This document shows positions 25,401 to 39,077 of a DNA stretch of 64,000 nt, in pieces (position 1 is the stretch's first letter; each line of letters starts with the position of its first letter). Location of the stretch: positions 3,162,001 to 3,226,000 of the forward strand of contig OX597832.1 of the NCBI GenBank assembly GCA_951406725.2, read 5' to 3'. Position numbers and translations under genes: made by a program. This stretch comes from Octopus vulgaris. Taxonomy: Eukaryota. The notes under the pieces were generated by a model. That model was not told where the DNA came from. It saw nothing but the letters and a program-made list of their open reading frames with translations, and did not search any database.

Positions 25401-27583
25401 AGAGTTAAAAAATCACCATTCAGTGAAACTGTATGATAATATCCATGGAATTAGTAAAAATATATATTTTATTAATCACAATCAGCCAGAAAATGAAGTT
25501 AGATTTGGGACAAGTAAACACAATCCATATGAGGCATCATTTATCACTGGATTATGTTGTTATTTACGAAAACAAGGTTATGAAAGCTCACAAATCACTA
25601 TACTGACAACATATTCAGGACAGTTGTTTTCTATAAAGAAATTGATTAAAACTGAGCGACTATGTGATGGTGTCAGAGTAACCATCGTTGACAATTATCA
25701 AGGAGAAGAAAATGACATAATTTTATTGTCTTTAGTCAGAAGTAATGAGCTTAATTCAGTTGGATATCTAAAAATTGATAACAGAGTATGTGTTGCATTA
25801 TCAAGAGCAAAGAAAGGCTTATATGTCATTGGAAATTTTAAGCTTCTTGCTACAAACAGTCCACTTTGGGCAGAAATTTTGTTGTCGTTAGAGGAGAAGA
25901 AAATACTTGTTGATGCAATGATATTGAAATGTCAGAATCATCCTGAAACATGTGCTCAAGTAACATCTTTTGAAGACTTTTGTAAGGCACCAGAAGGTGG
26001 ATGTTTAAAACCATGTGAAGCACGTCTAGATTGTGGACACACTTGTGCATTACTGTGTCATCCTTATGATAAGGAACATACCGAATATATCTGTAAAAAA
26101 CAATGTGTCAAAACTCTCCCTGATTGTAATCATCCATGTTTAAGAAGCTGCTCCGAACGTTGTACACCATGCATAACAGAAGTTACAAAAGTAATGCCAT
26201 ATTGCTCTCATCATCAGGAAATGTTTTGTTCCAGAGATCCTGTTACATTTATTTGCCAAGAGCCATGTCCATTAGAACTTCCTTGTGGTCATAAATGTTT
26301 AAATACATGTGGAGAAAATTGTTTGAGTAAATGTCTTCAAATCATTGAAAACACTTGTCCTTGTGGTCATACTTCAAATATAGAGTGCTATCAAAAGGAA
26401 AAATGTTTTGTAATTTGTAAAGAACTTCTCGACTGTGGCCATTTTTGTAAGGGATACTGTTTTGAGTGTCGTGGAATTCATATTCACAAGCCATGTAAGG
26501 AAGGATGTGACAGAATTTTAATCTGTGGTCACAAATGTCAAAGTAAAGATTGTTCTTCTTGTATACCTTGTGAAAGGCCTTGTGAAAACCGATGTCTACA
26601 CAATAAATGTAAAAAGAAATGTGGTGAACCTTGTAAGCAGTGTGTTGAGCCTTGTCAGTGGGAGTGTGAGCATTACAAATGCAGTAAGTTATGTCACGAA
26701 CCCTGTGATCGTCCAGCATGTAATGCACCTTGCAAAAAATTACTTGACTGTAATCACCAGTGTGCTGGTCTTTGTGGAGAACAGTGCCCTGAATTGTGCT
26801 CAACTTGTAATGAAGTTGAGCTTAAAGAAATATTTTTTGGCAATGAAGATGAAAATGATGCTCGTTTTGTTCAACTTGAAGATTGCAAACACATTTTTGA
26901 AGTAACTGGCTTGGATAATTGGATGGAAGTTGATTTGAATAATTCTGAAATTCAACTAAAATTGTGCCCAAAGTGTAAAACTCCAATCAGGCGTAATCAT
27001 AGATATGGAAATCTTATCAATAAGACCTTACAAGACATCGAAAAAGTAAAAGAAAAACTGAATGCTGATCCTAGAGAAGTTTCTACATTAAAATCTTATA
27101 TAGATTCAAATCCAAATCATATTAGAGATTTAAAAAAGTTAAAAGGACATTTTCATATTGGGAGCATAATAAGTAAGGAACATTTTAACTCAATGAAAAC
27201 TAAGGCTCAATATTTAGAAGTTTTGTCTAAACTGAGTACAATAGATATTCAATATTTGGTTGAATGGTTTGTAAATCATAAAGCTAGATTTACTGCTCAA
27301 GAGCTGAAGGAAGCAAGTTTAGAAGTGCAACGTCTTCAAGAACTTGAAAACATAGAAGATTTGAAGACTTATACACAAGGCATGTCTGATATTTCTAGTT
27401 TGTTAAAAGAAGCATCCACTTATTTGGAAGGATTTTATTCAGAAGAAAAGCAATCAAAAATTGAAACAATCATGAATAAAATAGAAACTTTAAAGCCCGG
27501 TTTGAAGATTTCTGAGAAGGAAAGAATTGAAATTGTTCAAGCTTTGCAACTTCCTAAAGGACATTGGTTTAAATGTCAAAATG
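22486..27583 (+). CDS. ZNFX1: ZNFX1-like protein, coding exon 1 (UPF1-like SF1 helicase, NF-X1 zinc fingers, RING-like segment)
   Basis: Uninterrupted ORF. Acceptor TTTCTTGCAG ends at 22480, ATG at 22486. Motifs: HYLDVQFRLLREDF, Walker A GPPGTGKT, IIIVEEAAE, LIGDHKQL, SLFERM, QHRM, VDNYQGEE, RVCVALSRAK, repeated (L)xCGH fingers, CKHIFE..CPKCK. Donor G|GTAAGT at 27583/27584. Confidence 0.95.
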
Positions 27584-28761
27584 GTAAGTAAATGTGAAAA
27601 TAACTTGTTTGTAAATAATTCATTTTAATTGCGATAGTAAAATCTCACAGAGTTTATCTTTACTTCCATTACTTTTGATATAACACATTCTGACACTTTC
27701 AATATTCAGTTAATGTAATGTCCTTGTGATTTCCCATTCATGTACCCCTGTTGGAATCCATATGATGCCCACAGCATCTAATAATGAGACTAAATTATCC
27801 AATGTGTTTTTCTCTTTTTTAAGGAAATAAGGAGAAATTTGGTAACTGTATCTAACAAGTTGAGCAACCATATATGTAGTTCTCTCATTTGAAATCATTG
27901 TTGTAGATAATATAAAGTCTTGGTTTTTGTACTCCCATGACATCATAGCTGTTTGAAAAGAGCTGAAATAACTTCTTATTTTCTACCAGTTTGAAGCTAC
28001 ATCTATATGTATTCTTAACACACACTCACTCTACCATTTCAAATATCCTTCATCTCTCAATTCCAAACCCACCACTTACCCAATAGTAATCTCTTCTATG
28101 TCCAATGAATTGCTTGATTACTGCTTAAGGCAACATATAATGTTTTGAAGTCTTCTCATGGTGGGATGGAAGCTGTGAAATTTCAAATGGTGGTGGAGAA
28201 ATTGTCATGTGTAATAAAATTAAGTTTCAAGTGTTTTAGCATTTCTAAAAGCTCGAAAAATAAAAAAGAATCACACGAATGCAAGCTATTTTTTCATTTC
28301 ATTAATAAGGTTGAGCAAAAATTACATTAATATTTGAGATGGTGACTGGTATTTGTCATTTTGAAAATCATTGTCCTGTTGAACAATAGCACCTTCCCAA
28401 ACCTTGTCCTTCAAATTAGCTAACTGGTCAACACTCCAACATCTTTATGCTGAATGTTCTTATTGTTGTTTATCCCTAGGATAGCCTTGATCTAGCAAAC
28501 CAAATTAGATGCTCTCCATCATGACCATCCCTTCATTATCCACTGACACCACTTTTCTTTTCAAGGCAGTGGGGTGATATATGAGGGAGATTTGACTGCT
28601 ATTCCTGTCAAAAAAAGAAGGGATAAAGCAATTTCAGAATATCAGCAAACCTAGTGTTTCTTTTACAGTTATTTCATATCTTTACAATTTTCACTAAAGA
28701 AACTTCTTAATCTTGTTATTTATCTCTTATACCTCTATTAACATAAATAGTTTTGTTTCAG

Positions 28762-28943
28762 GTCATATTTATGCTATTGGAGATTGTGGAGGTGCTGTAG
28801 TGACAAGCACTTGTCCTGAGTGTAAATGCGAGATAGGAGGAACATCTCATCAGTTATTAGGAAGTAATACATTGGCTGATGAAATGGATGGTGCAGAACA
28901 CCCTGCTTGGTCTGATGCTGCTAATTTGAATTTGATTCAGTAA
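28762..28943 (+). CDS. ZNFX1: ZNFX1-like protein, final coding exon (RZ-type zinc finger)
   Basis: Acceptor TTTTGTTTCAG ends at 28761. The phase-1 splice gives KGHWFKCQNG-HIYAIGDCGGAVVTSTCPECKCEIGGTSH..EMDGAEHPAWS. Stop TAA at 28941-28943. Confidence 0.93.
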
Positions 28944-28956
28944 AAAGATTTTGTTC

Positions 28957-28992
28957 AATAAATACTATTTCTTTACTTGTAGATCTAATAAA
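28957..28992 (+). terminator. Candidate polyadenylation signals of ZNFX1
   Basis: AATAAA at 28957-28962 and 28987-28992, just after the stop. Confidence 0.5.
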
Positions 28993-30341
28993 ATTTTATT
29001 GAAATATACAGTGTTCTATATGTTTGAAAAATTAAATTGTTATCTATTCAAGTTGTAAGCAAATCTAAACATTCTTTTAATTATTATTTATTTCATAACA
29101 ATATATTTGAGCAATTGATCATGCTGCTTTCTCTTTGTATTGTTTTACCTGTAGTAACTTAACCACAGGTCAAACCTAACTGAAAATATGCATATAAACC
29201 TGTTAAACCAAAACTAACTGTTACTCTAATTTCAATACGAAATATCAATGAACACTTTAACTAACCAAATCCAGTTGCACTCTGGTTGTGAGAATAAAGT
29301 GAAAGATACTTTTTAGAATAAAGAAAGCCATGAAAGTGGTATAAAATTATTTACTGAACCACTTTTAAGCCTATGAACTATATATGTTTTTTTTTATAAT
29401 AGATTTGTGTTAAAAAAAAGAAAACATGGTGTTAGATGTAGTTTAACAGTTACATTTACATAAGTACATTTTATACCCTGGAATCCTCTATACTTCCTTT
29501 CCTACTAAATTTGCTTGTATATTCAGTCAAAATAAAGAACAAAATTATCACTGTTACTGGCTTGTTTCTTTAATTCCTCAATATTTTTTATTTTAAGCAT
29601 TTGACAAGGTAAACATGAGAGGGAAAATAGAGATAGAGGAACAGAGAGGGTGAGTGCACAGGTAATTGAACTGAAGTGTGATATGGTTACACATGGGGAT
29701 TGATGTGGACATTGAATATCCAGTTTGGTGAAGAAGGGAAGCAAATATTAGTAGGTCAAAGAGGGGGAGAAGATGATAAGGGAAAATAACAAGGTAATAA
29801 TGTGAAGTGTAGGGGGACGATAGCATCCTTTACAGAAACTAAGTGCTTTGTACTGCTGCTAGATTTGACAGGATTTCATTTTTGCTGAGATGGACAGGTT
29901 ATATCTAGCACAGCATATCACCACTCTTTCTGGTCCTTTCTCATCTCCTCTCTCAAGCTCAATATTTTAAATTTGATCTTCACTACTTCATCCAACATCA
30001 TCCTTGGTCTCCATTTTCTGCAGGTTCCATCCATGTCTAGCAATCAACTTTTCTTTATACATCTGTATCTCATGACCAAACCGGCACAGTTTTCTCTCAA
30101 CAAATATAAAGATTCTACAGAGATTTTTAGAAAATCTATTTTCCGTATGCTGTTAGTGTTTATTGCACCTAAACATCAATCACAAAGTCTACTTTCCCTG
30201 TTAACTCTTCTGAAATTACACTGTGCCTCTAATGTACCCATATTTTGCACTGAGTATGCTGTATGGAATTTTTACTGTAACTATATGGTATTTTGATGTG
30301 ATTCCACATAAGTGTACTACTTGTTTATGTATCTATGTGTA

Positions 30342-30570
30342 TGTAGCAGGAATATTTGGCAGAATCATAATTGTCAACTCACTACCTAGGAATTGAACCT
30401 GACTCAAACTGTTTAAATGACCAAGACTTTGTGAGAGATTGATGCTGTCAGCAAACAACTGACCAATCAGTCCATAACAAAATCTTGGTCATTTGAACGT
30501 AGTTTGACTCAGGTTCAATTCCTAGGTAGGAAGTTAGTGTTTAGGATTCTGCCAAACATTCCTGCTTCAC
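30342..30570. repeat. ~230-bp imperfect foldback element
   Basis: Inverted arms, e.g. CCTAGGAATTGAACCTGA..AATGACCAAGA vs TCTTGGTCATTT..TCAGGTTCAATTCCTAGG. Confidence 0.75.
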
Positions 30571-30857
30571 ACACATAAACATACATGTTGCTGTTATCAT
30601 TTCATTTCTATATGTATGTCTGTCTGTGTGTCTCCATGTATTTTTATGTACTAGCATATATTGAGCCTAACATTTACTAGTCTGCCTTCTTCACCATCCT
30701 CTTATATTTTGAAGTTAGAAAAGTTATGTTTCTATGTTTTGTCTTCATCTGTAGATTAGCTTTTACTAGTGTGTATGTACACGCATACATTTATGTTTGT
30801 ATGTGTATGTATATTTATTATTTAAGTATGTACATGTGTGTATGTAGGTTATATATA

Positions 30858-32092
30858 TTATGTGTTTGGAAAGTAATTGCATTTTAGCAGAAAGTATATA
30901 AACACAAAAATAAACTACATTTAGCTGAATAGTTTTAATCAAGAATGTAATCACTATCATTTTCAATGACTGCAGCCCAACAGAAAAGTAACTTTCTTTA
31001 TGCCACTTTCAAAGAAACTTATTTCTCTTCCTTAAAAAAAAAAAAGGCTGAAAGGCTGTTTTCAACTTCGTCTCTTTTCTTATAAAATGTTCTAGTGATC
31101 AGAACAGATGGAAATCTGTAGGTGTTAAGTCAGGTGAATATGGAGGATGTGGAAGAACCTCCCATCCTAAAGATCTTATTTTTTTCTTGGGTTTGTTTTG
31201 AAGAATGTGGCCATGCAGTGTCATAGTGGAGAATAACACCTTTTCTGCTTACCAAAGCTGACCACTTTTGATGCAATTTTTCATATATACAATCAAGTTG
31301 TTGGTAATAGATGTCTACATTGATGGTCCTTAATGTTCTAGTAGCTCATAATGGATGATACCTTTTATGTTGTACCAAGCACAGTGCAAAGATTTTTGTG
31401 GATGAAATTCTGGTTTTGGTGTTGGCACTGGCTTCTCATAGCATAATAACCATTGTTTTTTTCGTTTTCTGTTGTGCAAAACCATTTTTCATCACCAGTA
31501 ATATATGTGCTTCAGAAAGACAGGTTGTTATTTTGATTAGAAGACAGCTGCAGATAGTGGAATGTTGTGTTTGGTTTTCAAGCATAAGCTCATATAGAAC
31601 CCAAATTCCCTCTTTGCATGTTTTCCCAATTTGCTTGAGATGTTCTTGGGTAGTTGAACATGACACATTAAATTTTAGTGCTAAATCTCTGGTGCTTTGA
31701 CAAGTTTTCAAAAAAAGAGTCTCATTCAAAATGTCATCATTCAGAGTGAGTCATCTTCCTGATATGTCACAATCTTTAAAGCTTTTAGACCACAGCTGGC
31801 ATGTATGAACTTTCACTGCATTATGATACAATTCACAAATGTTTTTCATTGCCTCTGTAGCAGTACTTTTCTTTCGAAACTCATACAGTAAGCAATGGCA
31901 AATATGTTGCTTTGTAAAATTCTTTTTCTCCATGGGCTTAATTACCAAAATAACTATGAATGACTCACTACTGGATAGAAGAGATGATATGCTATTTCTA
32001 GACAGTTCCCACCCATTCAAACTTAGCTCTGACATGATTAGTTCATTCATATTCCATAGTGGTATAAAAAACACAATTACTTTCTAAACACC

Positions 32093-32096
<4 letters not shown>
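30858..32096 (-). mobile_element. Degraded mariner transposon (~1.24 kb)
   Basis: TIRs TTA(T/G)G(T/G)GTTT(G/A)GAAAGTAATTG flanked by TA. Transposase relic HICHCLLYEF..ATEAMKNIC, STRDLA, GIWVLYEL (WVPHEL-like). Confidence 0.9.
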
Positions 32097-32141
<45 letters not shown>

Positions 32142-34424
32142 AGAAAGGTTGACACACACACACACACACACACACGCACTGTAGTATAGACTGCATAAAG
32201 CTTTGTCTAATATATAAATGTTTGAAATTTTTATTATAAAGTCAAAACAATACAAATTATAAGAAAGAATACAAGTCAGTGGTTTGTACTTCTCTCTTCT
32301 ATTTCAATATTTCAGTGTTAAGACAGATCACATCATTTGTCTGAAGATTTTCTGAAGGAGTCCTAAGCCTCAAATATTGAAATACAAAATAAAAGTACAA
32401 GCCATCAGTGTTTATGTGTGTGTATGAAGTGTGTTGTGATTTGGTAATTGAATGAACACAAATGCTGTTGAGATATTAAATGCAAAAATATTTATTCTTA
32501 TCATTAACAACTAAATGTTGAATGACAAAGGAAAGATGTTTACACAAATAAGATAGTTCAAGACTTATACAATAGGCTGTTGAATCAGGTATAATATGAC
32601 ATTGTGTCTTTCATGGAGTTAGGTTGTGTTGCTGCCATTGCTACCAACATTGTCATTGTTATTAACCTTTGTCTTGGTGCGAGACACAGCTCTGGTCTGC
32701 TTTTTGCTAAAATGCACTAAATATATAGTTGCTGTTCTTGGTCAGAAAAAGTGCACCAAAGATTTAATCCTGATCAACCAAAAGTTTTGAATGGTTAATG
32801 TTTTGATGATGCCAGCAACATTTGAGTGAATCACATTCATGTTCTTTAATTATTTTTGTATCGGACACAATGATAAGACTTTGATATCTAGGTGTTCTAT
32901 GACTGCCAAATATTCCTGCTAACAAACCTGTATTATTTCTTATAGCTTGCATTGTTTTGGCTTTATAATAAAAACAATAACAGTAATTAAAAGTATGTGT
33001 AGGTATGGCTGTATGGTATGAAGTTTGCTTCCCAACCAAAAGGTTTCTGGGTTCAGTTCCACTGTATGGCGCCTTGCTATAGTCTTGGGTCAACCAAAGC
33101 CTTGTAAATAGATTTGTTAGATGGAATCTGAAAGAAGTTTGTCATATATATTGTGCTGAGTTAAAAGATTTGCAATATTTTGATAACTTGTTTACTTTAT
33201 CTGTGAAGTTACATCAGAAGTAGGTGAGCATTCAAAGTAGAGGCCATCATGTTGCACTGTCTGAACCTACCTTTCTTGCTAGTTCTTTGATCCCATGCGA
33301 TAGCAGTTCTTGTCTTTCAAGGTGAAGGACTCCTTCCCGGAAGCTTTCACCACCTCTTGGTTGATGAAGCATCACAAGCACAGGAAGTAAGACATGGATT
33401 GGAACAAATAATAATCTGAGGTAGCTAGGTTTTGGATTTACACTCCTGAAAATATTTGTAATCCAGCAAAGCAAACCTGGACTTACCATCAGAAGTATTA
33501 CATTGGGATTGCTCACCCTCAGTGATCCTTGATGCTTCTTACTACTTGATGTGGTTTAGTAGAATCTGGACTATACCTGAGAGCTCTTACAGTACTTGCC
33601 TGTATAATAATTTACTTCTGGGACAAGAATATTTAATTTTCATTTAATTCATTTTAAAATTTAGTTACATAACAAATGGTAGAAATAGTACAAAATGGTA
33701 AAGATAGTTTCTGACAGCTGTTTCTAAGATATCTCAGCTACTGGAGTATCATATTGAGCAAAAACTCCATACGTTGGGTATTCCATTTCCGAAGAGACAT
33801 AAGTTAGACAGTGGAAGAATGTTCCTCATGAATGACATTTATCCAGGAGGGTGGAAAAGTTCAATTAAATTCAGTTAGATTGAGTCTTCTTTAGGTAGAG
33901 CCATGGTCAGAAAGAATGGGTAAATGGCACATCATGATGAGAAGAAGGAAAGAATTGTTATACAGTACTCTATGTATTATTTATTCCTCCTCTCAATATT
34001 CACACAACTTTGGAACTGCTAGCATTCATTCACCCTCTGGAATGAACACCCATCAATGTACTGAACAATATATATCCACTACATACCTCTTACCTATCTT
34101 TTCTCTCACCAGAATGTATCTTTATTTCTCCTCTCAGCATTTGAACAACTTAAGACCTGTTAGCATTCATTTTTATTTTCCCTCAATATGGTGCACTGCA
34201 TAACAGTTCTTTTCCTCTTCTCACCATGCTGTACATCAGTTGTGCAGCATCCCAACCATGAGGGATCAATGCTAGATGGGCCAAGACGATTTTGGTGATG
34301 AATAAAGATTCTCTTATATTCCATCTCCCATCTCTCTAGTTGGTTACATACTCTACGAACATTGTGCCAGTGAATGCGCTTTACCAGCAAACTACCAGGT
34401 GAACACCATACAATTTATTGACAG

Positions 34425-35005
<581 letters not shown>

Positions 35006-35863
35006 TAGTGACCTTTTCGAACCTTAATCAGCAAATTTTCCCTAACATTTCAACAGTTGATATGAGTTACTTTCAACACATGGCTTTGCCAAGTCAGTTG
35101 ATGTGCTTTCCACTTGACTCTTAACCTTTTATATGCCATGAAGAGTTGAAATGAGATAATAGTCAACCTACATCGAACAACCCATTGTTCTCAATGACAT
35201 ACCTCTTTTTCTAGCTGCTCTGTTGGCTTATAACTACAATAGCTTAGGACAGCCAGTAGCAGAAAACACTAGTAGAGATTAGAACAGCAGGGCTGTCCTG
35301 TGTGAAGACCAAGTTATCTTATAAGTCACTCACTTCTCTTACTCTCTAGACTTTCCACCTATCTCTTTCCTGCTGCTACAATGACAAGAACATGTATATT
35401 CTCATACAAGGAAAATTAACTTTCTAACTTATATTATACATGCTAACTTGCTGTGGTATGGCTATACATACTAAATAATGGTAAATAAAATTTGGAGTCA
35501 ACATCAACTTTGACCACTGTTCTTCTTTCTCTTCTTCAACATCACACCCATTACATTTTGGTAACCCCCCCCATTACACTTGGTTTCCCAATGTAAAGAT
35601 CCATAAACTGTTACAATTGGTAACTCCGACACAGAACAGAAAGAACACTTCTACTACCACAACTATTACACATACATACATACATATATATATATATCAT
35701 CATCATCATCATCACCATTTATTGTCTGTTGCCCATGCTGGCATGGGTTGGACATATATATATATATATTGCTTTATATAGCTTTCAGAAATGAATGTGT
35801 GGAGTTAGAATACCTAGCATGTGTGTATAGTTTCTGAGAAAGTATATAATTTTGCTTCACTGA

Positions 35864-38800
35864 CCAGGGAAAAGTACTACTGATGCTATATTCCTGGTAA
35901 GACAGCTGCAGGAGAAATACCTAGCCAAAGGTAAGCCCTTGTACCTGGCTTTTGTTGACTTAGAGAAAGCCTTTGACAGGGTCCCCCGATCCCTTATCTG
36001 GTGGTCAATGAGGAAACTAGGGATAGATGAATGGTTAGTGAGAGCTGTGCGAGCCATGTACAGAGACGCAGCTAGTAAGGTGAGGGTTGGCAACGAGTAC
36101 AGTGAAGAATTCCGGGTAGAGGTTGGGGTCCACCAAGGTTCAGTCCTCAGCCCCCTCCTATTTATCATAGTCCTCCAGGCAATAACGGAAGAATTTAAGA
36201 CAGGATGCCCCTGGGAGCTCCTATATGCTGATGACCTTGCTCTAATTGCTGAGTCACTATCAGAACTGGAGGAGAAGTTTCAGGTGTGGAAACAAGGATT
36301 AGAATCGAAGGGCCTTAGAATCAACCTAGCCAAAACCAAAGTCCTAATAAGTAGGAAGGTGAACCAACCACAAACGACTTCAGGTAGATGGCCCTGCTCG
36401 ATCTGTAGAAAAGGTGTAGGTAGAAACTCTATAAGGTGCACCAAGTGTAAGCTATGGACACATAAGAGGTGCAGCAATGTCAAAGGTAGGCTAACTGGGA
36501 AGATAGTTTTCGTATGTGGCAGATGCTCAGGAGAAATAAACACTGGAAATGTGCAGAGACCAACTTCTACCACGTTCCAGGGAGACAAACTAGAAGTAGT
36601 TGATAGCTTCCACTACCTTGGAGACCAAATTAGTAGCGGGGGTGGGTGTGCTGAAAGTGTAACTGCTAGAGTAAGAATAGCCTGGGCAAAGTTTAGAGAG
36701 CTCTTACCCCTGCTGGTGACAAAAGGCCTCTCGCTCAGAGTAAAAGGCAGACTTTGTGATGCATGTGTACGTACAGCCATGCTACATGGTAGTGAAACAT
36801 GGGCCGTGACTGCTGAGGATATGCGTAAGCTCGCAAGAAATGAAGCCAGTATGCTCCGATGGATGTGTAATGTCAGTGTTCATAATCGTCAGAGTGTAAG
36901 TACCTTGAGAGAAAAGTTGAATCTAAGAAGCGTCAGTTGTGGTGTGCAAGAGAGACGGCTGCGCTGGTATGGTCATATGACAAGAATGGCTGAAGATAGT
37001 TGTGTGCAAAAGTGCTACACCCTAGCAGTTGAGGGAACCTGTGGAAGAGGTAGACCCAGGAAAACCTGGGACAAAGTGGTGAAGCACGACCTACGAATTT
37101 TAGGTCTCACCAAGGAAATGACTAGAGACCGAGACCTATGGAAGTATGCTGTGCGTGAGAAGACCCGGCAAGACTAGTCAGGCCATAACCCGTGGCCCCT
37201 ACCTAGGACGTAGTCAGTCCACCTGTGCATACCTTCCTTCTTGTGACACTTGTGAAGACCTGTTGAGGCAAGTGAAAATCAAACAAAATCAAAATAGATG
37301 AACATCAATGGAATTTGTATCTTTGTGGTACCAGTGCCGGTGGCACACAAGAATACCATCCGAACGTGGGTGTAGCCAGTACCGCACCGACTGGCCTCCA
37401 TGCTGTGGGCACGTAACAATCACCACCCAATCGTGGCCGATCGCCAGCCAAATCTGGCTCCTGTGTCGGTGGCACATAAAAAAACACCATCCGAGCGTGG
37501 TCGTCTGCTAGCCTTGTCTGGCACCTGTGTCGGTGGCACATAAAAACATCATCCGAGCGTGGCCGTTCGCCAGCCTCGTCTGGCACCTGTGTCGGTGGCA
37601 CATAAAAACACCATCCGAGCGTGGTCGTCTGCTAGCCTTGTCTGGCACCTGTGTCGGTGGCACATAAAAAACACCATCCGAGCGTGGCCGTTCGCCAGCC
37701 TCGTCTGGCACCTGTGTCGGTGGCACATAAAAAACACCATCCGAGCGTGGTCGTCTGCTAGCCTTGTCTGGCACCTGTGTCGGTGGCACATAAAAACACC
37801 ATCCGAGCGTGGCCGTTCGCCAGCCTCGTCTGGCACCTGTGTCGGTGGCACATAAAAACACCATCCGAGCGTGGCCGTTCGCCAGCCTCGTCTGGCACCT
37901 GTGTCGGTGGCACATAAAAACACCATCCGAGCGTGGCCGTTCGCCAGCCTCGTCTGGCACCTGTGTCGGTGGCACATAAAAAAAACACCATCCGAGCGTG
38001 GTCGTCTGCTAGCCTTATCTGGCACCTGTGTCGGTGGCACATAAAAACACCATCCGAGCGTGGCCGTTCGCCAGCCTCGTCTGGCACCTGTGTCGGTGGC
38101 ACATAAAAACACCATCCGAGCGTGGTCGTCTGCTAGCCTTGTCTGGCACCTGTGTCGGTGGCACATAAAAAACACCATCCGAGCGTGGCCGTTCGCCAGC
38201 CTCGTCTGGCACCTGTGTCGGTGGCACATAAAAAACACCATCCGAGCGTGGTCGTCTGCTAGCCTTGTCTGGCACCTGTGTCGGTGGCACATAAAAACAC
38301 CATCCGAGCGTGGCCGTTCGCCAGCCTCGTCTGGCACCTGTGTCGGTGGCACATAAAAACACCATCCGAGCGTGGCCGTTCGCCAGCCTCGTCTGGCACC
38401 TGTGTCGGTGGCACATCAAAAAAAAACACCATCCGAGCGTGGTCGTCTGCCAGCCTTGTCTGGCACCTGTGTCGGTGGCACATAAAAACACCATCCGAGC
38501 GTGGCCGTTCGCCAGCCTCGTCTGGCACCTGTGTCGGTGGCACATAAAAAAACACCATCCGAGCATGGTCGTCTGCTAGCCTTGTCTGGCACCTGTGTCG
38601 GTGGCACATAAAAACACCATCCGAGCGTGGCCGTTCGCCAGCCTCGTCTGGCACCTGTGTCGGTGGCACATAAAAACACCATCCGAGCGTGGTCGTCTGC
38701 CAGCCTTGTCTGGCACCTGTGTCGGTGGCACATAAAAACACCATCCGAGCGTGGTCGTTCGCCAGCCTCGTCTGGCACCTGTGTCGGTGGCACATAAAAA

Positions 38801-39077
38801 AAAACACCATCCGAGCGTGGTCGTCTGCCAGCCTTGTCTGGCACCTGTGTCGGTGGCACATAAAAACACCATCCGAGCGTGGCCGTTCGCCAGCCTCGTC
38901 TGGCACCTGTGTCGGTGGCACATAAAATCACCCACTACACTCTCGGAGTGGTTGGCGTTAGGAAGGGCATCCAGCTGTAGAAACACTGCCAGATCTGACT
39001 GGCCTGGTGCAGCCTTCGGGCTCCCCAGACACCAGTTGAACCGTCCAACCCATGCTAGCATGGAAAGCGGACGTTAA

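Noticed and set aside
33247-33560. 89-aa minus-strand ORF with splice-like signals
   Set aside because: No recognisable motif and no consistent open exon chain.
37485-37546. Resemblance of the unit to the HDV ribozyme (CCAGCCTC..CTGGC) or twister
   Set aside because: P1/P2/P1.1 pairings and the catalytic junction could not be assigned, and twister consensus nucleotides are absent.
37485-38925. CRISPR-like repeat array and overlapping repetitive ORFs
   Set aside because: There are no unique spacers and no cas genes, and the array lies in a eukaryotic LINE 3' UTR. The ORFs are repeat artefacts broken by A-tract length changes.
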